Made by a program: the position numbers and the translations under genes
Part shown: positions 12,936 to 23,676 of the stretch, piece by piece
How the letters are laid out: each line of letters starts with the position of its first letter
How positions within the stretch are numbered: the stretch's first letter is position 1
Assembly (NCBI RefSeq): GCF_052425735.1
Contig: NC_135759.1
Coordinates: 36,642,001 to 36,706,000 of the forward strand
Direction of reading: 5' to 3'
From: Oculina patagonica
Taxonomy: Eukaryota
Length of the DNA stretch: 64,000 bases
Notes under the pieces: model-generated
Seen by the model: only the letters and a program-made list of their open reading frames with translations
Told to the model about the DNA's origin: nothing
Databases searched by the model: none

Positions 12936-14153
12936 ATGAACAACACGAGTAGCAGTAATCTAACCAACGACACCTTTCCAGAAGAAGACGAATATGGGAT
13001 GTACGACAATTGTCCCCCGATTGGGGAAAATAGTGCAACTGAGTATGTGGCCAGGATAACAGCGTACGTGGTGACAATTGTGACCTCCTTGATTGGCAAT
13101 ATCTTGATAATAGCTGTTACTCGACGCACTCGGAGCATGCGAAAGGTTGCTTTTAACTTCGTTATCAACATGGCCATTGCGGATCTTTGCACAACATTTA
13201 TTAACATACCAGAATCCCTGGCAGTAGAGATACGCGATTCAGATGAATGGCTCCCAGGAGACGTGGGGATTGTATTATGTAAGCTTTTGCCATTCTTTCA
13301 ACAGGTCTGTGCTTTCTGTTCCATTCTTAGCATATTAGCGATTGCACTGGATAGGTTCTTTGCTATTTGCCTGCCTCTGAAGAGAATCATGACAAGGAGA
13401 CTCTCGATGATTATTATTTTAGGCACGTGGTTGATACCTTGTATATCGAGTGCGCCAATGCTTGCAGCAAACATTGTGGTGGAAATAGAAGGACAATTCT
13501 ACTGCATGGAAAAATGGCCGGCTCCTTTCGACCCTGTTAAGGCGTCAACTGACTATACTATAATTCTCTTTGTGTTGTTCTACATGCTTCCATTGGTTAT
13601 CATATCAACTCTGTACAGTTGTGTTGTTTATAAAATTTGGCGAAGAAAGACTCCTGGAAACCGCTCATCAACGACGAATCGACTTTATTCTCGAAGCAGA
13701 AGAAAAGCGTTGAAAATGTTTATCGCAATTGTTGTTTGTTTCGCACTTTGTTGGCTTCCATACCATGTTACATTCTTTTTAGTGGCCTACAACGAGAAAT
13801 TTTACTTTTGCGGGATCCCTGAAAATCTGTATTTCATTGCGTCATTTTTCTCGCATGCTATAAGTGCATTAAATCCATGCATATACATGGCGTTCAACAA
13901 AGACTACCGTACTGGTGTCAAGCGACTGTTAGCTTCTTGTGCTAGAAGATCAAATGCATTGTATCCAGAGATGAACACTGCAAGTGACGTTAATTCCCAA
14001 ACAGGCGTAAACGGAGATCAAGAGATGACCACGTTTTATTCTCGTAGTCCTCGGAGTGGCATCCGGGACATACTACAGAAGAGAAGACACACAAGTGCAG
14101 CTTTCACAGTCGATGCTTTTGTAGGCAATCACAATCCTGGGTTCACAGGATAA
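12936..14153 (+). CDS. Class A (rhodopsin-like) GPCR, amidated-neuropeptide receptor-like (QRFP/RYamide/tachykinin-receptor type), single coding exon
   Basis: 405-aa ORF with 7 TM segments. Motifs GN (TM1), MAIADL (TM2), CK..Q3.32..DRF (TM3), FALCWLPY (TM6), NPCIY (TM7). N-terminal glycosylation sites. AACAACATG start context, and a TTTTATTTCAG acceptor just upstream (5'UTR intron). Confidence 0.95.
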   Translation: MNNTSSSNLTNDTFPEEDEYGMYDNCPPIGENSATEYVARITAYVVTIVTSLIGNILIIAVTRRTRSMRKVAFNFVINMAIADLCTTFINIPESLAVEIRDSDEWLPGDVGIVLCKLLPFFQQVCAFCSILSILAIALDRFFAICLPLKRIMTRRLSMIIILGTWLIPCISSAPMLAANIVVEIEGQFYCMEKWPAPFDPVKASTDYTIILFVLFYMLPLVIISTLYSCVVYKIWRRKTPGNRSSTTNRLYSRSRRKALKMFIAIVVCFALCWLPYHVTFFLVAYNEKFYFCGIPENLYFIASFFSHAISALNPCIYMAFNKDYRTGVKRLLASCARRSNALYPEMNTASDVNSQTGVNGDQEMTTFYSRSPRSGIRDILQKRRHTSAAFTVDAFVGNHNPGFTG

Positions 14154-14385
14154 AGAATTTTTAGCTTACTATAGGATTGTCAGTATAACTATGTCTTGAA
14201 TATTTCACTAGCTGAAGCAATCCCTGTAAATAGGCATTTTTACTGACCAAACGTAGCTTAAACAGGCATTTATCTAACCGACGTACGTTAAATGTTATTA
14301 TGAGAGAAAAATGATCAACGGTAGACCTGCAGAAAAAGTTGAACCACGTTCTACACTTTACGCTGACGCAAGCCGTTGCGCATGT

Positions 14386-14531
14386 GGGAGTAAGGTTGGC
14401 GCAGTGGTGAGAACACTCGTCTCCCACCAATGACATGTGGCACTTGGTTGCTACGGGGTTTTTCCCACGAGTTCACCGGTTTTCCTCCCTCCACAAAAAC
14501 CAACACTTCTAAATTCCTATTCGAACTGGAA
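14386..14531 (+). mobile_element. tRNA-derived SINE fragment
   Basis: A-box-like GGTTGGCGCAGTGGTGAGAACACTC head followed by CCGGTTTTCCTCCCTCCACAAAAACCAAC body. Confidence 0.65.
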
Positions 14532-15089
14532 TACACGCGCCCAGAAGCTTTTAGCTTTAAATACGACCTTGTGCTAATTTTTTGTAATTTAAAGCACCTT
14601 AATCTACGCAAGTAGAATTACGAGTCGGTAGAAATTTCCTTAATGGAAAAAGGTTCTTCTTACACATTCTGATTCGAAGCCATATCAGACTTCATGAAAA
14701 GAAGAGGGACAAAAAATAACTTGTACGCATGTCGCTGTTATTTCTCAATGTAAACAGTATATATAAGTTTTAAAAGAAGGCCATGAGTTTGAACTTAACG
14801 CAGAAGAGAGCTCCTCCATAACGAAGTTCTTGGTATATAACAAATAATGTTCTTTAGCCAAAGTTAATAATAGTATAATGTAGTGCTGACAGAACCCCGG
14901 CATAACGAACAAATTTTTCCAGTCTCTTGGACTTGGCACTTCGTTATATCGGAGAATCACTGTAAAAATATCATTTCTCAGGACTGTTAACTTATTTACA
15001 AGAGACCAGTACTAGGAGTGAAAACTTCTTTATACATTAAACTATTACTTGAAGTGCAAACTTATTCGTCTAGTACAAGGGCCCATGTT

Positions 15090-15345
15090 GGGACAGCGTG
15101 GCCCAGTGGTTAGGGCGCTGGATTTGTAATCTGCAGGGTCCCAGGTTGAAATTCTCTTTCCTGTCACTATCTGGATTTGTCTTTGGTGGTCCCAAATTCA
15201 ATTCCTCCACGCTCTTTGAATAGCCAACTGGTAAGCCTCCTGCAAGTTGGGAGTTTCTGTTTGATTAATTGTATTTGTTTCCTCGTATTAAAAGTGTCCC
15301 CAGTTAGCAGAGTAGTGCTAAATAAATTGGCACTTAAATAAAGTG
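15090..15345 (+). mobile_element. tRNA-derived SINE (second family)
   Basis: GGACAGCGTGGCCCAGTGGTTAGGGCGCTGGA A-box, GGTTGAAAT degenerate B-box, AATAGCCAACTGG core. Confidence 0.7.
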
Positions 15346-16249
15346 ATTTATTATTAATTTTACCATTACTTAGAATTGTAAACGTTTTTATACGTCCTTT
15401 GGCTTGAAGGGTATGGTGGTTGGAATCAGCAGTAGATAAAAGATGGATTAATTTACTATAATACTAATAATATACATGTTCATTATTGTTAAAGTGGTAA
15501 CCAACTTGTTGTTAACTCAGAACTTATCAAAATAAAAGAGTTACATGTATGTTTCTTGAAAATTTAATGTCTTCCTTGCGATTTTTGATACTAACCTAAG
15601 TATAGGTAACCACACTTTCCATAACATATTTAACATATATATATATATACTGAAAGTGATCTAAAAAGCTTTTGATTCAAAAACTGAATATGAAAATGAA
15701 TGAAAAGAGTGGGTGGCACAGTTTTGACGATTTTTTCTTTCATTTTGATATTGATTTTGATGTTCATTTTGACTTTCTTTTTGGTGTTAAAAACACCAAT
15801 GATAAAATTAAAAGATATGTAATATGCTGGCCCTTAGATTGTTAATTCGAATAAAATAAACGAGGAAGAATGGAAAATGCAAACTGAAAGGTGACTTTTC
15901 TTCTATCTTGTTAGCAGGCACTCAGGTCAGGGCAGATTGAAAGGGAAGAGAGGCGAGTGAGGAGATGAAAGAAGGAGCGGGAGGGGTATTCGAAGCTAGG
16001 GAAAAGAGCCTGTTCTTAGCTGGCTTAGCTTAGGCTACTGACCATCAGACGTACTAAACCTGCCACACTATTTTTTTTTAAAAAACATAAAAAATGGAAT
16101 CACGAGCATTGCAAAAGCTTTTTACTTTTCATTCGCTTTCTATTTCTGAAAAATCAGGAATAATTTGCTTTTTAATAAAAAATTGATTTAAAATGAACTT
16201 GCAAAAATCTCCTTGTGAAGATATCTTGTCACCTCTAAATAGCCCCTCC

Positions 16250-16549
16250 GGTCGCGTGGTGGCCTATGTTTTTAAGTGCGATGTACTCCGGATCAAGCGG
16301 TCTGGGTTTGAGCCCTCAGCGTAGCAATGCGGTGTGTACTTGGGCAAGAAACTTTGCTCTCATAGTGCCTCTTTCTATCCAGGTATAAAAATGGGTACTA
16401 GCGAATTTAATACTGGGAGGCAACCCTGTGATGGACTAGTATCCCTTCCCGTGGTGAGTAGAAATACTCCTAGCCGCTTAATGCTACTGAAACTGGGATC
16501 AGCTCCCGCCTGAGTGGGCCACTAGGCTCGTGAACCTTTACCTTTACCT
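16250..16549 (+). mobile_element. Near full-length tRNA-derived SINE (same family as the 8034 copy)
   Basis: GTGGTGGCCTATG head, GGGTTTGAGCCC B-box, CTTGGGCAAGA core, ACCTTTACCTTTAC tail. Confidence 0.8.
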
Positions 16550-16939
16550 AGGTAGCCCCATACTTCCCACCTCGTCCACAAAGCAGTTGATGCAAGCCCG
16601 ATGAACTGTTGAAGAGATTTACTGTACTTCTTCAATTATAAGGTCCATAAGGTCTTAAATAGAAATAAGCCCCGGGGGCTAAATAAAGCTTTTGCGGTAT
16701 TCCTCACTGCCAAGTGAAATATCTTATCGGCAACATCAAGTTGTTAGCACGTTAAATTAATTGTTTCGATTGACTTATTGGTACAACGTTATTTTTTTTT
16801 TGGCTCTTTGGCTTTTTGGCAGTTTGAAGGCTAAAGAGTTTGAAGAAATGGTAGGGAATCTCCGAGCAGATTATCTTTGCTTGGTTCGAGTCTAAGGGCC
16901 ACAATACCACAATCATACAAGTCAATGAACCAACCAACG

Positions 16940-18728
16940 ACGCTGAGAAGGAGAAGGAAGTGAAGAGTTAATGTCATCACCAGCTTCAAACCAGCTTAAA
17001 CATGAGGAAGGCGAAAGATCACACCATGGTTATCGGTTATCGACGCTCTGTACAATGAATCAGAGGAGGGGAAGGGGCTTGATATGGAACAAGACTGGAG
17101 CACGATCAAGGAAATGTACCCTTGAAATCTTGGAAAAGATCAGCAGAGAGAAGATGGGTTGTATGAGTTAGGATACCTGGAAAGTTGTCGAGGAGAAACG
17201 CTCGCTAAATGCTCGCTGGAAGCCGCTAAGACGAGAAAGTAAAAAGTAGGCTTCGGCAAACATTTTCAATGACAAGAATCATGGAGTAAAGCTGCAGGAG
17301 AAGCAATATGAGGGGAATCGATGAAACTGCACGAGAAGCGGAGGAAGCAGCAGAAAAAAGGGATATGAAAAGTTTAGCCGATGAAAGAACACTTCTGAGG
17401 AGTCCTGAACATGTCGGCACCAGCGAACCCGCCGAATATAACAGACAGGCAGTCACTAACCATCCGAAAAGGTCTAATCACCATGGCAGAGCTCAGAAGA
17501 TCCTTGGTATTCCCGAAGAATGGGAAGGCAGCTGGGTGTGACAACATCTCCCCAAGAGGAAGAAAGATTGGTTTCGATAAAGGTTCTGCACTCCCTTCTG
17601 GATAAGATGTGGAATGAGGAGGTCATCCCTCAGGACTGGAAACTGGGCTACTTCCCAAAAAGAGAAATTTGTGCCTGTGCAAGAACTGAAGAGACATGCT
17701 CCTGACGGTTGTAAGCAAGAACAAGAGAGATATGCTCCTGACAGTTGTGAGCAAGGATCTTTGAAAGATCATTATAGAGCAGATGATGAATGCTCTTTAG
17801 GGTGGACTCCGGGACAAACAAGCAGGATTTCGAAAAAACTATCCTGCTGCAACCAGAAAACTACACTGAGGATCATTGTGGAGCATACCCTGGAGAGGGA
17901 CGCTGGGCTTTATATGGTTTTTGTAGACTTCGAGAAGGCCTTTCATTTCATTAGCTGAGCTAGAAGATCACCCACATGCGACAGAAGCTCGAGGCGCTGC
18001 TAGTTCAAGTTGCCAGGGTTGGGCTCAAGGTAAATTCATCCAAAACCATGAGAGAACGATTCGGTTTCCAGCAAACACTAGCAACATCAGTTGTGTAGTA
18101 GAGATCCTGGAGCTGGTGACGGCTTTCATATATTTTGCACTGGTAGCCGTATCACCATCACAGGTGGCACTGATGAAGATGTTGAGGCCAGATACATGAA
18201 GTTACAGGTTGCATTCTTCATTGTAATACCCATGTGGAGAGTAAAGCTCACTTCTCTATGGAAAATGGTAAGGATCTTTAATTCCAACGTGAAGTCCGTC
18301 CTCCTGTACGGATCCGAGACTTGGAGACTGCAAAGAAGATCATCGCCCAACTTCCAACCTGTACTAGCCGCAGACTCCAGTACATCGTGGGAGTGTGGTG
18401 GCCGAGGAAGATCTCGAATGAGGAGCTGTGTGCAACGTACCAAGCAAGAGAGGATTGAAGTTACCATAAGGAGAAGGAAATAGTGATGAATTCGTCACAC
18501 GTTGAAGGAACATGCCACTAACATCACCCGTCTGTCTCTTGAGTGAAACCCTCTAAGGCAAGGAGTGAGGGCAGACCGAAGAAGTCTTGGATGAAGACTA
18601 TCCAGCAAGAATATGAGGAATTGGGGATTTCATGGGATCAAGTAAAACGGACAGCAACATCGGGTCCGATGAAAAGATGCAGTGAAAGCTCAATACTCCG
18701 GTCAGAGCGAAGATGAATAAGTCAATAA
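16940..18728 (+). mobile_element. Degenerate RTE-clade non-LTR retrotransposon (reverse transcriptase pseudogene)
   Basis: Frameshifted RT motifs KNGKAAGCDNI, WNEEVIPQDWKLG, LRIIVEH..LYMVFVDFEKAF, VGLKVNSSKT, GGTDEDVEAR, IFNSNVKSVLLYGSETW and GRPKKSW. The central RT segment is deleted. TAAGTCAATAA tail. Confidence 0.9.
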
Positions 18729-19931
18729 AAAGACAAGCTTTCATCGCAAATTACGTGTTTTATTGTATGATTTAGATAATCGCATCTTGTGATTGGTCGA
18801 GTTCAAGCAAATTTATCATTAAATTATTTTGCACGGCATTGGAAATAAATGCGCGTACGTTGATTTTCTAAGTCATATAATGAATGGGTAATTTAGTAAG
18901 AAAGCTCGAGCGATTAATGAAAAGGCTCGTTCAGTTTTGAGGGAATGTTCTAATATCACTCTTGCTGTAAATTCATTCATACGATTACCAATATGTTTAC
19001 CTGAGCAATTAGTAACTGTGATAGTAAAACATACTTCACAAAATTTCTGGAAGCTGATCGGTCAATGACCAGTGCTTGTTGGGTGTTTATATTTTGAATA
19101 AATAATGAATCGCAATTTGAAAGTTGATATGGTCGCTCAGATTTGCAAGACGGATTTCTGCGGTTTCTTTCAAAGATGTGTTATAAGCCATTTAAGTTAT
19201 CTGCGGTTATTTATGCGCGAGCAACAAAATTTCACATACATTTGCACTGTTCACAGTACAATTATGAGTATAATTATAACTATTATCAATAGGAAAGGTA
19301 GAATACAGTCCAATTCTGTAATTTGTGTTAAAAAAAGAAAATTTAAATAACAAAAGAACAGACCACTCGACCTTCAATTTTTAAATCACTGAATTATAAC
19401 AGCTTCTCTTCTGCGATTGACAAAATATTTTCTTTTATATATATATATTTTTTAAATTACTATTTGAAAACATGTTTTTCTTGCTAAACAGGAAACGACC
19501 ATAGTCTCTGCTTTGTGCAATGTTTTTCGGTATTGTGTCTTTTTCAGTTCGCTGTATTAAAACAGCTAAAACGAAGATTAAACATAATTCCACGGAGAAC
19601 CTGCCTATTAACTGTCCATTAAAACGACTGATTGCTTACTTGAGGATTATTATTCGTTGATGACTGTTGCTAATACCTCTTTTTTGGGAACGTCTGTTTT
19701 GATTGGCGCTTCTAAAAGTGGCTTTCGTTTGCATCTCAGTGCAACTAAGAAGGGAAGCCGCAAATTAGTAAAGTAAATATTAAGTACTTTTATCTTTAGA
19801 TAAGATATTCATAACGTTGATTGGTCTTTCAAACTTGTTTACAAAAAAACATCTGGCAAAGTACGTTTTAATTCTCACAATGTACCGTTTTTACATTTAT
19901 TTCAAAAAACGTTGACTGGAGTGTTACCAAC

Positions 19932-20945
19932 ATGGTGCACGGAAGAAATTTTACGGGCAGCGATTTATCACCCGAACAACACGAAAGTGAGTTGAATTAC
20001 AGTTGTCCTATAACTGGTAAGGAAGGCGAGCTTGCGAATGTGGCTAAAATAACAGCATTTGTTGTGATAATGGCAGTGTCCTTGATTGGAAATCTATTGA
20101 TCATAATCATTACTAGACGGACGCGACGGATGAGAAAAGTAGCGTTCACCTTCATCGTTAACATGGCTATTGCAGATCTCTGTACCACGGTAATCAACAT
20201 GCCTGAATCGCTCGTGGTGGAAATTAAGAATACAGACGAATGGATGTCTGGTGACGTTGGACAAATACTGTGTAAACTTTTGCCCTTCTGCCAACAGGTC
20301 TGTTCCTGCTGTTCTATTCTTAGTTTATTGGCCATCGCATTTGACAGATTTTTTGCTGTTTGCTTTCCACTGAAAAAGGTGATGGCACGGAAGCTCTCCA
20401 GGGTTATAATGGCATGCACGTGGATCATACCATGTTTGTCTAGCGCGCCAATGCTTGTAGCAAACAAAGTGATGGAAATAGAAGGACTACTGTACTGCGT
20501 AGAAGAATGGCCGGTTCCTTTCGATTCCTTAAAGGCTTCAAGAAACTATACTATTATTCTCTTTCTGCTATTCTACATAGTGCCTTTAATTATTATATCA
20601 GTATTGTACAGTTGCGCCATTTCTAAAATTCTGAAAAGAAAGGTTGTTGGAAATCATTTGTCGAAGACTCAGCGACTCTACTCCAAAAGCAGAAGAAAGG
20701 CGTTGAAGATGTTTGTCACAATTGTTGTTTGCTTTGCACTTTGTTGGCTTCCGGACCATATTATTTACTTTTTAGTTAGTTACAACGACGAGTTTAACAA
20801 TTGTGGAGTGCCACAAAATATCCATTTTATTTCGTTATTTTTTGCGTATGCTACAAGCGCGTTGAATCCATGCATATACATAATATTGAACCAAGACTAC
20901 CGGGATGGCGCCAAACGCCTAATGACCGCTTGTCGGCGGCTATAA
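19932..20945 (+). CDS. Class A GPCR, tandem paralogue of 12936-14153, short C-tail
   Basis: 337-aa ORF, colinear with GPCR1 and roughly two-thirds identical by eye. Motifs GN, MAIADL, DRF, CWLP, NPCIY. Confidence 0.93.
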   Translation: MVHGRNFTGSDLSPEQHESELNYSCPITGKEGELANVAKITAFVVIMAVSLIGNLLIIIITRRTRRMRKVAFTFIVNMAIADLCTTVINMPESLVVEIKNTDEWMSGDVGQILCKLLPFCQQVCSCCSILSLLAIAFDRFFAVCFPLKKVMARKLSRVIMACTWIIPCLSSAPMLVANKVMEIEGLLYCVEEWPVPFDSLKASRNYTIILFLLFYIVPLIIISVLYSCAISKILKRKVVGNHLSKTQRLYSKSRRKALKMFVTIVVCFALCWLPDHIIYFLVSYNDEFNNCGVPQNIHFISLFFAYATSALNPCIYIILNQDYRDGAKRLMTACRRL

Positions 20946-21635
20946 AATTAACATTTTTGCTATTTCGTGGAATCCATAGTTGGCTTAACAATAGGAGCTA
21001 AGTTAGCTTCGAGTAACACTTGACTCATGTGCACTTGAAAATGTCAAGTCACAGTTTAGAAAACTTGGCATCACACCAGCTGACAAAGTATGTTACTTGA
21101 AAACGAGGAGCCCACGCATGAAGAAGTTGCACGGACCAGTCTGCAGGTTTTGCTTTTCGTTTCCTTTTCCTTTAGATGATTCCAGGCCGGTTTTAATTGT
21201 AACATTCGGTGCGGCAAACTGTACTTTTTGACGGAGTTGTTGCAGTGCAAAGAAATGAGCAGGCTGAAACAGTGACTGGTTTTGCAGAATCATATTTGGT
21301 GTCCGATGAATTGAAAATGAATTAATGGTGTTTCTTTTCTTTCAACTTGCCTTTCCTTTCTATGTAAACGTACATAAAAGACTGTTCCATAGAGTCCGTC
21401 AAACTCCAGCCATCCATTTTGAGTTTGTAAATCGATCTCAGCTGGCAAGCTGATTATCTGTCCATTCATCAGAGTCATTGCACCATTGCACATCGCTTTC
21501 AGTTTTTGCTTCCATTTCCTGTTGGTTAAGTGTGTTCTCAAGTGTGGTGCAGATCATACTTGGCAACGCACATTGGATTCTTTAAACTACAAAAGTTTCT
21601 ATATGGTTACTAAGTAAAGTTCAAGTAAGTACATT

Positions 21636-21910
21636 TTACCCGTCTAGATGAGCTTCGGCAAAAATTTTGTTGCTCGTCTCGTTATGCGTCTCTAGTATAA
21701 AAACAGGCACAAGACGAGTTACCCGTCTAGACGAGCTACTTTTCGAAATGCGTCGTCTTGAACGGATACCGGATACCGAAAGCAAGCTCGTCTAGACGCG
21801 TAACGCGTCTTGTACCCGTCTTTATACTAGAGACACATAACCAGACGAGCAACAAAATTTTTGCCGAAGCTCGTCTGGACGGGTAACTTGTCTCTAGTAT
21901 AAAAACGGCC
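21636..21910. mobile_element. Palindromic (foldback) MITE
   Basis: Arms of about 105 bp: TTACCCGTCTAGATGAGCTTCGGCAAAAATTTTGTTGCTCGTC... / ...GACGAGCAACAAAATTTTTGCCGAAGCTCGTCTGGACGGGTAA. Right end CTAGTATAAAAACGGCC; left terminus missing. Confidence 0.85.
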
Positions 21911-22128
21911 AATCCCTTTTAAAGGCGAAGTTTCTCAGCAGTTACGTACCGTTATAAACGTTTTCTGAGGGCCGACGTACAACTTTGTATATACAAGTTA
22001 TACCAAGAAAATACAAGTGACAAGGGGAATATTCCATGTTATTAAAAAGTAGCAATGTTATATTGCAATTCCTGCGTTTTAATTGGTTAACAGGCAATGG
22101 TATATGAGCTCATATTTCATGTTGTGCC

Positions 22129-23676
22129 TTTAGGGACGGAGATCCTTTTGATTTTGTAGGAAAGTCAGTTCTTTGTGAAGAACTTTAAAATGATAGAAAT
22201 ATGTAGACGCATTTATCTTGGACGTTTGCTAACAAGTAGATGACAATGAGCTGAATAAAAAGTCTACTTCTAAAGTATTCACTGTTGTGCGAGTAGTTTT
22301 TATCAAAAAGATATGCAGATTTAATCTCCGAAGAAATTGGCGTAGAATCCGAAATGTTTCGTGCTATGTTCAGTTAAATTATTTGCTTTCGTTTATTGTT
22401 GGTGCATGGTGTACATGGCCTTGTACTTGAGTTTCATGTCGACGGCTACTGCCTAAAAACGTCACCTTTCGGGCGGAGCTTCCCCGCATAGGCCACTATA
22501 GAGAGTACCGCCCCGCTTTCCCCCCCCCGGGGGGATAAAGGAAAATCTTTGTTTAGAAGAGGTTTGAAATTACTTAACAAAGCAATACTGTTATGGAGCC
22601 ATCAATACGATAGAGTTATAACAAAATTCCAAAAAAACATTGTTGCAGCGAAAGTTGACAACCCAAAAGGCAATAACGATCACAAAGGAGTTGAGAAATC
22701 CTACATGAAAGGGACGGGGATCCTGTTCGGAAATTTTGAATTAAGTCCCTAAAGGAAACCAATCCTGCCGTGGCTCAAGCCCTTTATAACCTCTAAAAGA
22801 GACCAGTAGACCGCCAACACAGTATGACGGTGTTGAAAGGGACGGGGATCCTGGTCGGAAATTTTGAATTAAGTCCCTAAAGGAGACCAATCCTGGCGTG
22901 GCTCAAGTACATCAGAGGTGAGTGTGAGCGTGTAATGGGGGCTTAGTGACCTATCTTGGGTTTTTAAAAGGCAAGGACATTTATTTACCCCACGACCACA
23001 TCAGCTTCCGCCATTATCTGGTGGAAGCTGAAATGTCGATGTTTATTGCCATGTTTACAAAAAAACTACAAAAAAAATGGCAGAAGTACAGATCATGTAC
23101 TTCTGAAAATGGTAAAATGCCGATTATAAGCCCCTTTTAAAGACCCATTTGTCTGGTAACGAAAAAATATGCCGGTCATGATCATGACCCTTAGAATTAA
23201 ATGATGTTTTAGTAGTGTTGCCCTCTTGCTTTGTTTTTTTAGCTTTTCGCTCTCCTTAAATCTGTATGGGACGGCACAAAGGATCATTTTGGCGGGAAAA
23301 CCCTCTGGTCGCTTCCGAAAGAAAGCTCGTTAAGACTGGTTCTCATATGATCGTCCCGATCGTCTCTGTCGCTTCTGTCGCTTCAAAAAGTTTGCTTGCT
23401 CCAATCACCTCAGACTTTGCAAACGACAGAAGCGACATAGACGATCGGGGCGATCATATGAAAACCAGCCTTTAACTGATCGTCTGAGAAGACAAAAATT
23501 TAATGATTCATATTTTTTTCTTTTACGGTTTATTCAGACTCGAAAGGGTCAACGCTTTTACGGTGACGAAAGGCGTCCTTATTTAGCTTTATTTGTCAGG
23601 GAATACGAGCCCACTAAATAGCCTCAAAACTGCCCAACCCTCCCCTCCCCCTCAAAAAAAGTGGTCCGTCCCTAAA
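22129..23676. mobile_element. Probable TIR element containing nested repeats
   Basis: 12-bp inverted ends TTTAGGGACGGA / TCCGTCCCTAAA. Contains a duplication of about 72 bp (22707 and 22835) and a MITE. Confidence 0.45.
23330..23474. mobile_element. Hairpin MITE, Harbinger-like
   Basis: AGACTGGTTCTCATATGATCGTCCCGATCGTC ... GACGATCGGGGCGATCATATGAAAACCAGCCT. Confidence 0.8.

Noticed and set aside
15090-15165. tRNA gene
   Set aside because: The A/B boxes are degenerate and continue into a SINE body, with no cloverleaf.
19997-20467. Antisense ORFs over the GPCRs (also 12920-13207 and 43297-43578)
   Set aside because: Shadow frames of the real coding sequences.
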